DNA of 64,000 bases. Source: Dehalococcoidia bacterium (GTDB lineage: Bacteria; Chloroflexota; Dehalococcoidia; Plut-88900). Below, piece after piece: positions 1 to 8,930 of this stretch. Below the pieces are notes generated by a model. That model made no database searches and was not told where the DNA came from. It worked only from the letters and a program-made list of their open reading frames with translations. Position numbers and translations under genes: made by a program. Position 1 is the first letter of the stretch, and every line of letters begins with the position of its first letter. Where the stretch lies: NCBI GenBank assembly GCA_965207225.1, contig CBDBLV010000002.1, positions 192,001-256,000 of the forward strand, written 5' to 3'.

Positions 1-438
1 CCGCCGCTGTGGGCCGGAGGGGTCTCGGAGAGGATGTTGAAGAGAGCGGCTAGGTACTCGGATGGCTTTTACCCGGTGCGCATCAACCCGGCGGAGTTTG
101 CGGAGTCCTGGGAGAAGATTGAGCGGTACGGGGAAGAGCTTGGAAGGGACGTATCAGGGATGTCCCGGGCGATCCACTTGTTCTTTCGTATGGGGCGGAC
201 ACAGGAGGAGGCTCGGGCGGCGGGAGAGGCGGAGGTGAACAGGCGTCGGGGATTCGAGGTCTCGCTCGTAGCGGACGGCAGATATGCGTTCGGCACACCG
301 GACGATTGTGCAAAGGCGGTGGAGGGTTTCCTGGATGTGGGAGTAGATCACGTAGTGTTCAACGCACTCACACCCTCGGGACAGGTGCGGGGCCAGATAG
401 CACAGCTGGTAGAGGGTGTGATCTCCCGGTTCCGGTAG
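1..438 (+). CDS. LLM-class (luciferase-like) flavin/F420-dependent oxidoreductase, 5'-truncated by window edge
   Basis: Frame 1 is open from base 1 (PPLWAGGVSERMLKRAARYSDGF), a typical LLM C-terminal half; also 'GTPDDC...GVDHVV'. Confidence 0.8.
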   Translation, partial: PPLWAGGVSERMLKRAARYSDGFYPVRINPAEFAESWEKIERYGEELGRDVSGMSRAIHLFFRMGRTQEEARAAGEAEVNRRRGFEVSLVADGRYAFGTPDDCAKAVEGFLDVGVDHVVFNALTPSGQVRGQIAQLVEGVISRFR

Positions 439-445
439 GGATAGG

Positions 446-718
446 CTAGTCGGTGGAGATGGCGTCCCAGAGGACCCAGCCTTCCTTGGAGTCGCCGTAG
501 CGAACGTGGGCGCGCTGGGACAAGGAGCCGTAGACGTCCTTTTGCTCTTCGAAGACCGTGACCTCGGTAGGAGCGGTGATTTCATCGAGGACCTGAGACC
601 CCTCGATAGCGCTCATCGGCTCGCTCCAGACCCGGACCACGCCATTCCACTTCTTCAGGATAGCCTTGGTGACGTTGGCGGTGTAGGCTTCCACTTCTTC
701 AACCTTATTCATCGACAT
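446..718 (-). CDS. Hypothetical protein (~90 aa), possible SH3-like beta-barrel
   Basis: Overlaps the dnaJ stop; ends in 'AHVRYGDSKEGWVLW'; alternative start at 712. Confidence 0.6.
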   Translation of the reverse strand: MSMNKVEEVEAYTANVTKAILKKWNGVVRVWSEPMSAIEGSQVLDEITAPTEVTVFEEQKDVYGSLSQRAHVRYGDSKEGWVLWDAISTD

Positions 719-1814
719 TTTCGGTTACTCTCCTTCTAAGCTGACGGTAATCCTGCAGCAAACGTCTTTCTTGTTCGTTGAGGTCGGTGGGGACGGTGAT
801 CTTTGCCACGACGTATTCGTCGCCGACGCCACCTCCCCGGAGATGGGGAAGCCCCTGGCCCGAGAGCCGGAAAGTAGCCCCGTGCTGGGTGGCCTCGGGC
901 AATGTGACGGACACGGCACCGTCAAGGGTAGGGACCTCGACATCTCCCCCGAGGGCTGCGGTGGCCATGTCAATTTCGTGTCTAACAACAAGGTCCTGGC
1001 CCCGACGCTCGAAGCGGGGATCTGGGATGACGTTCAGGACTACGAAGAGGTCGCCGGGGAGATCGGGGCCGGCCTCCCCTTCGCCGGAGATTTGGAGGGC
1101 ATGGCCGTCCTCGACACCCGGCGGCACATCTACATCAATTTCTACGGTTTCAGTTGTCCTGCCGCGTCCCTCACAGGTCCCGCAGGGTTCTACGATGACT
1201 CGACCGCTGCCCCGACAGGAAGCACAGGTGAGGATCTGCCGGACTACTCCGAACCCCGACCGCTCCTCTCGGACAGAACGCCCGGAACCTAGACAGGTCT
1301 CGCACTCACTTTCTCCACCAGCCTCGGCGCCGGAGCCGAGACAGCCGGCACAGGTTGAAGCGCGGTCCAGGGTGATGGTCTTGCTTAAGCCTTTGGCCAC
1401 GTCCTGAAGGGTTATCTCCAGGTCATATCGGATGTCGGCGCCTTTGTGGGTGCGGGGTCGGCTACGGGTGCGGCTGCCGAAGATACCGCCGAAGGGGTCG
1501 CCTCCGAAGCCAAAGATATCTCCCAAGCCAAACTCGCTGAAAATGCTGGAAAAATCGACTCCCCGGAAGATGTCTTCCTGGGTGTATCCTTCCAGGCCGG
1601 CGTGGCCGTACCGGTCGTAGAGGTCGCGCTTCTTGGAGTCGTTGAGGACGGCGTAGGCCTCGTTGACTTCCTTCATGGAAGTTGCGGCCGCGTCGTCACC
1701 CGGGTTCCTATCCGGGTGGTATTTCATGGCGAGGGAGCGGTAGGCCTTCTTGACAGCCTTGGAGTCGGCGCTGCGGTCGACCCCCAGGACCTCATAGTAG
1801 TCCCGCTTGGCCAC
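705..1814 (-). CDS. dnaJ: Molecular chaperone DnaJ (class A, paralog 1)
   Basis: J-domain with HPD, G/F-rich region, four CxxCxGxG repeats, DnaJ C-terminal domain. Confidence 0.93.
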   Translation of the reverse strand: MAKRDYYEVLGVDRSADSKAVKKAYRSLAMKYHPDRNPGDDAAATSMKEVNEAYAVLNDSKKRDLYDRYGHAGLEGYTQEDIFRGVDFSSIFSEFGLGDIFGFGGDPFGGIFGSRTRSRPRTHKGADIRYDLEITLQDVAKGLSKTITLDRASTCAGCLGSGAEAGGESECETCLGSGRSVREERSGFGVVRQILTCASCRGSGRVIVEPCGTCEGRGRTTETVEIDVDVPPGVEDGHALQISGEGEAGPDLPGDLFVVLNVIPDPRFERRGQDLVVRHEIDMATAALGGDVEVPTLDGAVSVTLPEATQHGATFRLSGQGLPHLRGGGVGDEYVVAKITVPTDLNEQERRLLQDYRQLRRRVTENVDE

Positions 1815-1817
1815 GAG

Positions 1818-1976
1818 TTACCCTCCGACGTATTTCCAGCCTACCTGGTCCCAGGAGTAGGAGGTGTTGTTGCAGCCGTTGCAGACGACGGTAGTGTTTT
1901 CTCCGTCTACGTCCCGGCGGACGCTGACCAGCTTCCTGCATTTCCTGCAATATACTTTTTTTGCGGTCAAATTCAT
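1818..1976 (-). CDS. Small zinc-ribbon protein (52 aa), absent from ORF track
   Basis: Manual translation MNLTAKKVYCRKCRKLVSVRRDVDGENTTVVCNGCNNTSYSWDQVGWKYVGG*: two CxxC pairs; stops 3 nt before the dnaJ start. Confidence 0.7.
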   Translation of the reverse strand: MNLTAKKVYCRKCRKLVSVRRDVDGENTTVVCNGCNNTSYSWDQVGWKYVGG

Positions 1977-2055
1977 GCTATGCGCCTTAGCTAATGGATA
2001 TGGATGTTAGCTGATAGTCGTTAAGGTAAATGGTGTTAAATGCACCAAAAACTGG

Positions 2056-2262
2056 CTACCTCTTTGTGGGCGGGTGCTGCCGGAAGGCGGGCTTGGACGG
2101 AGTCCTGATGTAATAGTCCACCTTTGATGCCGCGGCGGACATTAACTTTTGGCCCTCGGCGCTGCAGGTGGGGCAAGGGGCGGGGTCGGCGGACTTGCTT
2201 ATGGGTCTCATAAGCTCGAATTCCTCGCTGCAAACAGCGCAGTAATATTCGTAAATTGCCAT
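2056..2262 (-). CDS. FmdB-family zinc-ribbon regulatory protein
   Basis: MAIYEYYCAVC...F...CPTC pattern; AGGAGG RBS. Confidence 0.85.
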   Translation of the reverse strand: MAIYEYYCAVCSEEFELMRPISKSADPAPCPTCSAEGQKLMSAAASKVDYYIRTPSKPAFRQHPPTKR

Positions 2263-2292
2263 GAGTGGCCTCCTGGGGAGGGTGATCCTGGG

Positions 2293-2535
2293 CTATTCCT
2301 CGTCCTCCTCGGGCCTCCAGCCCGTTTTTTCGAAGACTTCCTGTAACTCCCGGATCCGGCCCAACACTATGTCCTGGACCTTGGCCTCGATGTCAGGTGT
2401 AATGATCAGGAGGGCTATCTGGTTCTTGCGGTGCCAGACCTGCAAGTTTCCGAAGGTCTCCTGGACCCAATAGCCTTTTTTGATCTGTTCTTCGGTGAGG
2501 TAATCGGTCGGGGCGATTTCATCGATGTCGGCCAC
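2293..2535 (-). CDS. Hypothetical protein (80 aa)
   Basis: GTG start with GGAGG RBS, protein-like composition, co-oriented with the dnaJ cluster. Confidence 0.65.
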   Translation of the reverse strand: MADIDEIAPTDYLTEEQIKKGYWVQETFGNLQVWHRKNQIALLIITPDIEAKVQDIVLGRIRELQEVFEKTGWRPEEDEE

Positions 2536-2658
2536 TATTGCACCTCCAGAAAGGGGCCCGGGCCCCGATGCCTGAGTGGTTTTGGCGAGGATAGTATACG
2601 GACTCGGGGGCGCATGTAAAGAATATCCATGGCTGGCGCACTCTCGTCTCGCAGGCCC

Positions 2659-3966
2659 TCACTCCACGTGGGCGTGGTAGGCGTTGCCTATATGGCCTAT
2701 GTCCTTGAGTTCACTGTATTCCGACTCGGTGTAGCCCAGGAGTTGCTTGTAGACGTATTCATTGTGCTCGCCGAGTCGGGGCGGGGGAAGGCGGATGGCA
2801 TTGGGGGTCTCTGAAAGTCGGCCGATTATGGACGGGTATTCGTGCTTGCCGGTGCCGGGCATATCCACCCACTGGAAGAAATTGCGCCCCCGCAGCTGTT
2901 GGTCCCGGGAGACCTCGGCGTGGTTGGACACCTGGCCCGAAGGCACGCCCGCCTCCTGCAGCTTGCACATCACCTCTCCCTTATTGAGGGTCCGGGTCCA
3001 AGCCGAGATCAGGGTGTCGAGTTCATCTTGATGTTCGTACCGGCTGAGATAGCTGGCGAACTTTCTGTCGGCTGTCCAGTCGGGGCTGCCCATGACCCTG
3101 CAGAGGGCATCCCACTGCTCTTCTTTCTCGACGGCGATGACCACCCATTCATCCTCTCCGGCGCAGGGATAACAGCCGTGGGGGACCATGGTGCGGTGCC
3201 GGTTGCCGAGGGTGCGCTGGACCCGTCCGTTGGCCAGCCGGTCCATGTTCACGTCGCTGATGTAGGAGGTGAAGTTCTCGACCTGGGCCAGCTCTATCAT
3301 CTGGCCCCTGCCAGTGCGCTGTCTGTGCCTGAGGGCCATTAGCACCGCCAGGGCGCAGTTTATACCCCCCGCCGCGTCGCTGTAGAAGATGTCGGTCTGA
3401 AATTCGAGGCCGAGATCGGGATACCCGCGCAGGCTGGCGTGACCCGAGACGCCGTCAATGTGGCTGCCGAGGGTCCGATATGTCCTGTAGGGCCCCTGAA
3501 GGCCGAATCCCGGCATCCGGACCATGATAAAGCCGGGGTTGATCTTTCGGGCCCTTTCGTAGGAGATGCCTAGTTTGTCGGCGGTGGTGGGGACGTTGTT
3601 CTCTATCAATATGTCGGCAACATGGAATAGCCTCTGGAACACCTCCTGTCCCCCGGGAGCACCCAGGTTCACGGTCATGCTCTTCTTGTTGCGGGCGTGA
3701 ACGTTGAAGGAAGGCGTCCTGTTCCAGGGCATGTCGGTGGGGTCCCAGTCGGGGTAGGCGTTGTGCCAATCCGTATCCGCGGTTATTTCAGCCTTTGACA
3801 CCCGGGCCCTCTGGCCCCGGGCCATGGGTTGGAAATGGTCTATGGGTTCCAGCCGGATTACTTCTGCGCCCCAGTCGGCGAGCATCTGGGTGGCGTAGGG
3901 TCCCGCCCAAACGAGGGTGATGTCCAGGACACGAATGCCTTCCAGTGGCAGCTTTGTCGTACCCAC
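2659..3966 (-). CDS. Class III CoA-transferase (CaiB/BaiF family)
   Basis: LEGIRVLD...WAGP...GAEVIRLE, ARNKKS, PRLGEHN. Confidence 0.92.
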   Translation of the reverse strand: MGTTKLPLEGIRVLDITLVWAGPYATQMLADWGAEVIRLEPIDHFQPMARGQRARVSKAEITADTDWHNAYPDWDPTDMPWNRTPSFNVHARNKKSMTVNLGAPGGQEVFQRLFHVADILIENNVPTTADKLGISYERARKINPGFIMVRMPGFGLQGPYRTYRTLGSHIDGVSGHASLRGYPDLGLEFQTDIFYSDAAGGINCALAVLMALRHRQRTGRGQMIELAQVENFTSYISDVNMDRLANGRVQRTLGNRHRTMVPHGCYPCAGEDEWVVIAVEKEEQWDALCRVMGSPDWTADRKFASYLSRYEHQDELDTLISAWTRTLNKGEVMCKLQEAGVPSGQVSNHAEVSRDQQLRGRNFFQWVDMPGTGKHEYPSIIGRLSETPNAIRLPPPRLGEHNEYVYKQLLGYTESEYSELKDIGHIGNAYHAHVE

Positions 3967-3970
3967 CGGC

Positions 3971-5194
3971 TTAGATCACTCTCAGCTGTTTAAGTGTCGC
4001 AAGCTCTTCACGGGAGAAACCGAGAATCCGACCGTATATTTCAGCGTTGTGCTGGCCGAGGGTCGGGGCGGGGCGGCGCATGGCCCACGGGCCACCGTAC
4101 ATCTGGAAGGACTTGCCGGGCATCCGTACTTTGTCGCCGGGTGACCTTTCGACGGTAGGCCAGTAGGCTCGAGCGCGGAAGTTGGGGTCGGCGGTGAGAA
4201 GGGCGGAGTTGTAGACCGGCCCCGAGAGTATGCGAGAGCCCTGGGCCGCAGCGAATGCCTCCGTCACAGGGCGTTCCAGGAGCCACGGTTCGAGCAGCGC
4301 ATCAAAATATTCGTGGCTTTCGGGCATGGATCGCGCCTCCATGGTGGAAAAGAGGGGCTCTTCCATCAGCTCCGACATACCCAGCATGTTCAGGCCCTTG
4401 GGAATCATGGTGGCATCGGGGAACATGTTCAGGTAGCCATCCTTGCATTTATGGATCGATCCACCACCACCTTCAAAGTTCTCGCGTCCGGTGATAAAGC
4501 CGGTGTACTGGTAGGCCAACAGCATGACGGAAGTGCGGTCAATACTACCGGCCTGCAGTTCCTGGATCGACTCGTCAACGTGCTCCCCAACGCCCCTTGC
4601 GGCCGTGCCCCGGAGGGCGATCATGGAATGCAGGGCGCTCATTATCCCGGCATGGAACTGGATGACGTTAGGCCCCAGTTTGACCGGCTCCCGGGAAGCC
4701 AGCCCGGTAGTATTCATCAGCCCCGACATTGCGTAGTAGACCGCTTCCGAGGCCTGGTATTCACTGTACGGACCGTTCTGGCCAAAGTTGGTTACTGAAG
4801 TGAGCACGATCCTGGGGTTGCGCTCCTTCATGGTCTCGTAGCCAAGGCCGAGGGAGGGGAGGGTTGACGGGGAGAAGGTCTCGACGACGAGGTCGGCCCA
4901 CTCTATCAACTCAAGAAGGAGTTTCTTGCCGGTGATGGTCCCGAAGTCGAGGGTGATGCCGCGCTTGTTGTTGTTGAGGTAGCGGAAATAACCGCTGGAT
5001 TCTACGCCGGGGAGATCGTTGATGAAGGGGTTCGAGGATCGGGTGGGATCACCGGCAAGGGGTTCGACCAGGACTACATCTGCACCGAAGTCTGCGAGAA
5101 GTTTGGTGCAGACGTGTCCGGGGATGCGCCGGCTGATGTCCAGGACCCGGAGGTCGCTAAGGGCCTGATCGTGCAATGCGTTGACCTCGCCCAA
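3971..5194 (-). CDS. Class III CoA-transferase (CaiB/BaiF family), probable partner subunit
   Basis: LSDLRVLD...LADFGADV, NNNKRG, APTLGQHN. Confidence 0.9.
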   Translation of the reverse strand: MGEVNALHDQALSDLRVLDISRRIPGHVCTKLLADFGADVVLVEPLAGDPTRSSNPFINDLPGVESSGYFRYLNNNKRGITLDFGTITGKKLLLELIEWADLVVETFSPSTLPSLGLGYETMKERNPRIVLTSVTNFGQNGPYSEYQASEAVYYAMSGLMNTTGLASREPVKLGPNVIQFHAGIMSALHSMIALRGTAARGVGEHVDESIQELQAGSIDRTSVMLLAYQYTGFITGRENFEGGGGSIHKCKDGYLNMFPDATMIPKGLNMLGMSELMEEPLFSTMEARSMPESHEYFDALLEPWLLERPVTEAFAAAQGSRILSGPVYNSALLTADPNFRARAYWPTVERSPGDKVRMPGKSFQMYGGPWAMRRPAPTLGQHNAEIYGRILGFSREELATLKQLRVI

Positions 5195-5251
5195 ACCAGG
5201 TGATAGTAGGCTACGATTCTATCACTGCCGTGAAGGAGGAAAGGATTAGGA

Positions 5252-5767
5252 CTACTGGTCGGGGCCGACTTCGTCGGGGATGAATTCTTCCTGGACCTCG
5301 ACGGTGAGCCAGTTTTCGAAGCAAACGCCGCTGGAAAGGCTGGTCACGCCGATGGTCGCTCGTCCCCCGAGCCCTCGCTCTTCACCCAAAACCTCGACGA
5401 ACAGATCGGTGGCGCCGCTGGAGACCCTGTTCACATCCGTGAATTCTGGGGTGCAGACCACGAAGTTCAGAGACCTGATTATGCCGACTATCTTGTCCAG
5501 GTCGCCGATGGCGTACTTGATTCCGGCGAAGCAGTGAATGGCGGTAAGTCGGGCGGCCTGGTATCCCTCTTCAATGGTAACGTCCTTGCCGAGAGTGCCT
5601 ATACCGGTAGGGCCACCGTCCTTCCACGGGACGTGACCGCTGAGGTAGAGAACGTTGCCCACGCGGTGGTGAGACTTCATGGTGCCGAAGGTCGCGCCGG
5701 GATATCCCTCCTTGGAGTAGTCGGGGAGGATAATGCCCATCTCTGCCAGTTTTGCTTCAACTCTCAT
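5252..5767 (-). CDS. RidA/YjgF family protein
   Basis: LYLSGHVP, G.LG.DVT.EEGY.AAR, GATDLFVEVLG, RATIGV. Confidence 0.85.
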   Translation of the reverse strand: MRVEAKLAEMGIILPDYSKEGYPGATFGTMKSHHRVGNVLYLSGHVPWKDGGPTGIGTLGKDVTIEEGYQAARLTAIHCFAGIKYAIGDLDKIVGIIRSLNFVVCTPEFTDVNRVSSGATDLFVEVLGEERGLGGRATIGVTSLSSGVCFENWLTVEVQEEFIPDEVGPDQ

Positions 5768-5791
5768 TTCTGAGACCTCCGTAGGGATGGG

Positions 5792-6958
5792 TCAGTCGAA
5801 TACCCTGATGATGTCGTAGGAGGTGGTGCGTTGGGCCGGGACCCGGCCCATGTCCTTAATCAGCTTCTGGAACTCCTCGGGGGACATGTATTGGCCGTAG
5901 GGAGCGCCCGCAGACCGGGAGATCTTTTCGTTCATGAGTGTGCCACCGAAGTCGTTGGCGCCGGCGTTAAGGCAGACCTGGGCGAACTTCTGGCCCAGTT
6001 TGACCCACGAGACCTGGATGTTCTTGATCCAGTTGTTGAGCATGATGCGGGAAATGGCGTGCATCCTGAGGTCTTCCATGCCGGTGGGCCCGGGCCTCAC
6101 TCCTCCCTGCTGGTACAGGGGCGAGTCCCAGTGGACGAATCCCAGGGGCACAAACTCGGTAAAGCCGCCCGTTTCCTTCTGGATGTCCCGGATAAGGGCG
6201 ATGTGGTTGGCCCAGTGGACCGGGGCGTCGATGTGGCCGTACATGATGGTGGAGGTGGAGGGCAGCCCGACGTCGTGGGCGGTCTTGATAACCTCTGTCC
6301 ATTTCTCGGCGCTGAGCTTGTTCTTGGTGAGGCGCTGCCGAATCTCGGTGTCCAGTATCTCGGCGGCGGTGCCGGGTATCGAGCCCAGCCCGACCTCCTT
6401 CACCATGAGGAGGAAGTCCCGGATGCTGAGGCCCGTCTTCTTGCTACCGTATTGCACCTCGAAGGGGGAGAAGGCGTGGATGTGGATGCCCGGGACCCGA
6501 TCCTTGATGGCAATGACCATGTCCCGGTACTCGTAGCCGGTCATCTTGGGGTGGAGGCCACCCTGCATACAGACCTCGGTGGCGCCGGCTTCCCATGCTT
6601 CCTCGGCGCGGTCAGCGACCTGCTCTATGGTGAGGGTCTCGGCTTCCTCATCGCCGAAGTGCTTGGCGAAGGCACAGAACTTGCAGCCCGTATAACAGAT
6701 GTTGGTGAAGTTGATGTTCCGCACGGTCACGAAGGTAACCATGTCGCCGACGGTGCGCTTTCGGAGCTCGTTGGCGGTGGCGCAGAGGGCATGGAGTTCA
6801 AGGTCGGTGGCGGAGAAGAGGGTTATGGCCTCATCCACCTCGATATCGTAACCGTTGAGGGCCTTGTCGAGAATTCGGGCGGTCTCCGGTTCGATCACCG
6901 ACATAAGCCTGTCGATACCGGTGTCAAGGGCGCCGGGCAAAGCGGCATCAATTACCAT
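5792..6958 (-). CDS. cofH: FO synthase subunit CofH (radical SAM; F420 biosynthesis)
   Basis: NINFTNICYTGCKFCAF, GTAAEILD, NIQVSWVKLG, GANDFGGTLMNE; adjacent to cofG. Confidence 0.92.
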   Translation of the reverse strand: MVIDAALPGALDTGIDRLMSVIEPETARILDKALNGYDIEVDEAITLFSATDLELHALCATANELRKRTVGDMVTFVTVRNINFTNICYTGCKFCAFAKHFGDEEAETLTIEQVADRAEEAWEAGATEVCMQGGLHPKMTGYEYRDMVIAIKDRVPGIHIHAFSPFEVQYGSKKTGLSIRDFLLMVKEVGLGSIPGTAAEILDTEIRQRLTKNKLSAEKWTEVIKTAHDVGLPSTSTIMYGHIDAPVHWANHIALIRDIQKETGGFTEFVPLGFVHWDSPLYQQGGVRPGPTGMEDLRMHAISRIMLNNWIKNIQVSWVKLGQKFAQVCLNAGANDFGGTLMNEKISRSAGAPYGQYMSPEEFQKLIKDMGRVPAQRTTSYDIIRVFD

Positions 6959-8151
6959 CGGGTCTCCTCATCCTTAACGTAGCCGTCCCCGTCTATGAAG
7001 TCCAGGACAGCATTCTCCATAGCGGGGTTTAAATAGCCGGACTTTTCCACGATGTATTCGGGGTAGATGGCGAGCCTTTCTCGCAGGTCGTAGCCGAGGG
7101 CCTGGGTGCGGTCCTTCAGTTCGGTGATCATGGGCCAGGCCTTCTCCGGGTTGATGAAGTCCCTGGTGACTGGGGAAACACCGCCCCAGTCGTTGATGCC
7201 AGAGGCCAGGTAGAACTGGTAGGCATCGGCGGTGAGGTTGGGAGGAGCCTGGATGTTCATTTCGGTTCCGAGGACGAGACGGGCCACAGCTATTGTGACG
7301 GCCATGTCCACGGCGGAGGGTTCGCTGTAGGCCCTCATTCGGGTGTCGGGCTTGGCGCGGAAGTTCTGGATGATGACTTCCTGGATGTGGCCGTAGTCTT
7401 CCTGGAGGTGCTTGATGGCGAAGAGGGTGTCGACGCGCTCATCAAGGGTCTCACCTATGCCGATGAGCATGCCCGTAGTGAAGGGGACTCGCAGTTCGCC
7501 GGCATAGCGCATGGTCTCAAGGCGGATGCGAGGGTCCTTGCCGATGCTGCCGAAGTGGGCCTGGCCTCTTTCCAGGAGTCGGGGGCTGGCATTTTCGAGC
7601 ATGAGGCCCATGCTGACGGTGACCTCTCGGAGGCGGGCGACCTCCTCGGGTTCGAGGACGCCGGAGTTGGAGTGGGGCAGGAGGCCGGTTTCTTCGAAGA
7701 CCAGACGGCACATGTCCACGAGGTAGTCGGTCATGGAGGGATACCCGAGCTCCTGGAGGTGGGTGCGGGCCAGCCTGTGTACGTCTTCGGGCTTTTCACC
7801 GAGGCTGAAGAGAGCCTCCTTGCAACCGGCGCGGCGACCGGCCTTCGCCACGGCGAGGACTTCGTCGGGGGTCATGGTCTTGGCGTCGGGGTGCTTGGGG
7901 CCCTTGACGAAGGTGCAGTATCCGCAGCGGTCCCGACAGAGGTTGGTAAGGGGGATGAAGACCTTTCGGGAGTAGGCGACACGACGCCCCTTGGTCCTTT
8001 CGGTGAGCCTGGCGGAGCAGGCCAGGAGAGCGGGGATATCGGGGCCCTGGACCCGGATGAGGCTGCAGGCGTCCTCCCTGGATACGGGCCTGCCATCCAG
8101 GGCGTCTTCGAGGAGACGCTGGACAGGGGTATCGGTGGAAAGGTAGACCAA
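6952..8151 (-). CDS. cofG: FO synthase subunit CofG (radical SAM)
   Basis: YSRKVFIPLTNLCRDRCGYCTF, EVIIQNFRAKP, IQAPPNL, GINDWGGVSP. Confidence 0.93.
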   Translation of the reverse strand: MVYLSTDTPVQRLLEDALDGRPVSREDACSLIRVQGPDIPALLACSARLTERTKGRRVAYSRKVFIPLTNLCRDRCGYCTFVKGPKHPDAKTMTPDEVLAVAKAGRRAGCKEALFSLGEKPEDVHRLARTHLQELGYPSMTDYLVDMCRLVFEETGLLPHSNSGVLEPEEVARLREVTVSMGLMLENASPRLLERGQAHFGSIGKDPRIRLETMRYAGELRVPFTTGMLIGIGETLDERVDTLFAIKHLQEDYGHIQEVIIQNFRAKPDTRMRAYSEPSAVDMAVTIAVARLVLGTEMNIQAPPNLTADAYQFYLASGINDWGGVSPVTRDFINPEKAWPMITELKDRTQALGYDLRERLAIYPEYIVEKSGYLNPAMENAVLDFIDGDGYVKDEETRW

Positions 8152-8248
8152 GGGTGTCTCCGGGAGCGGCGGTTACCGTAGAGTCGTCAAGGTCGGGTGC
8201 GGGGTCACAAATCGGGGGTCAAACAGGCGTCGCATCGGGATGGGCGTG

Positions 8249-8277
8249 AGTCTATCCGCGCACCTGGGGAATGTCAA
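8249..8277 (-). promoter_or_regulatory. Putative sigma70 promoter for cofGH
   Basis: TTGACA-17 nt-TAGACT on minus strand. Confidence 0.55.
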
Positions 8278-8343
8278 ATGACCGGGGGCCGGGCTATTCG
8301 GTTGTGGGGGTGGGGTTTTGATTGTTCTTTCGGGTTTTGGGTC

Positions 8344-8673
8344 GGCGATGGAAGGTCCGGGACTCAGGCGCAGGGGGGCGGGTATGCCTGCCCTGCGGAT
8401 ATTCGGCGGGTCTATGGTTAGGTGAACGGGTCAGGCAGTCCACCATAGAGGTTGAACCACCGAAAGAGCGGGCAAAGCCCGCCAGAGTCGTCGTGGTAGA
8501 CGCCAGAGGAATCCGACTTATCGACGGGATTCCCAACAAGGCCTGTTGCGGCCTTCAGACGTGCCGACAAGGTCAATGCCGGTGGCGTAGATGCGGTTCT
8601 TGCGGTATCCGCACAGACGGCATGCTCTTTCAAAGAGAGTGCACCGTAAGAGTATTGTGGACCTTCCATCGCC
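8344..8673 (-). ncRNA. Putative structured ncRNA, copy 1 of a three-member family
   Basis: Perfect 15-bp inverted repeat GGCGATGGAAGGTCC (8344-8358 / 8659-8673) enclosing multiple hairpins; homologous to 17291-17599 and 62631-63041. Confidence 0.6.
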
Positions 8674-8901
8674 TGGATGGATGGGGAAGGGGCACGGGAC
8701 CCGTGGTGAGGAGACAACACTCTTAGCTTGAGCCTCGGGCCTGCGCGAGGGCCGTTGGGATGGGCCAGGGCGTTGAGTCCCCCGACCCCCGACTGCTCGG
8801 GGGCAGGCTTTCTCGGGGGCGATGCCTTGGGTCGGGTCTCGGGGCTTCCCTGGGTTTTTGGTTCCTCCTTGTGTTACTGAATTTCTGTTCGAACGCAGGA
8901 T

Positions 8902-8930
8902 ATGATAGTACGGTCGGACAGATGTGTCAA
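8902..8930 (-). promoter_or_regulatory. Sigma70 promoter upstream of element copy 1
   Basis: TTGACA-17 nt-TATCAT; nearly identical at 17114-17142. Confidence 0.7.

Noticed and set aside
2014-2041. dif-like 11-6-11 site ATAGTCGTTAA-GGTAAA-TGGTGTTAAAT
   Set aside because: The XerD arm lacks the inner TTA, and the skew switch is 15 kb away; weak
5831-6982. Long antisense ORFs (also 7387-8181, 17460-18476, 21629-22606 and others)
   Set aside because: Shadow frames of well-supported genes in GC-rich DNA
8344-8673. RNase P RNA, suggested by GGAAGGTCC resembling GGAAAGTCC
   Set aside because: The motif pairs perfectly with the 3' arm rather than forming P4; no 3' conserved region seen; three copies in 64 kb
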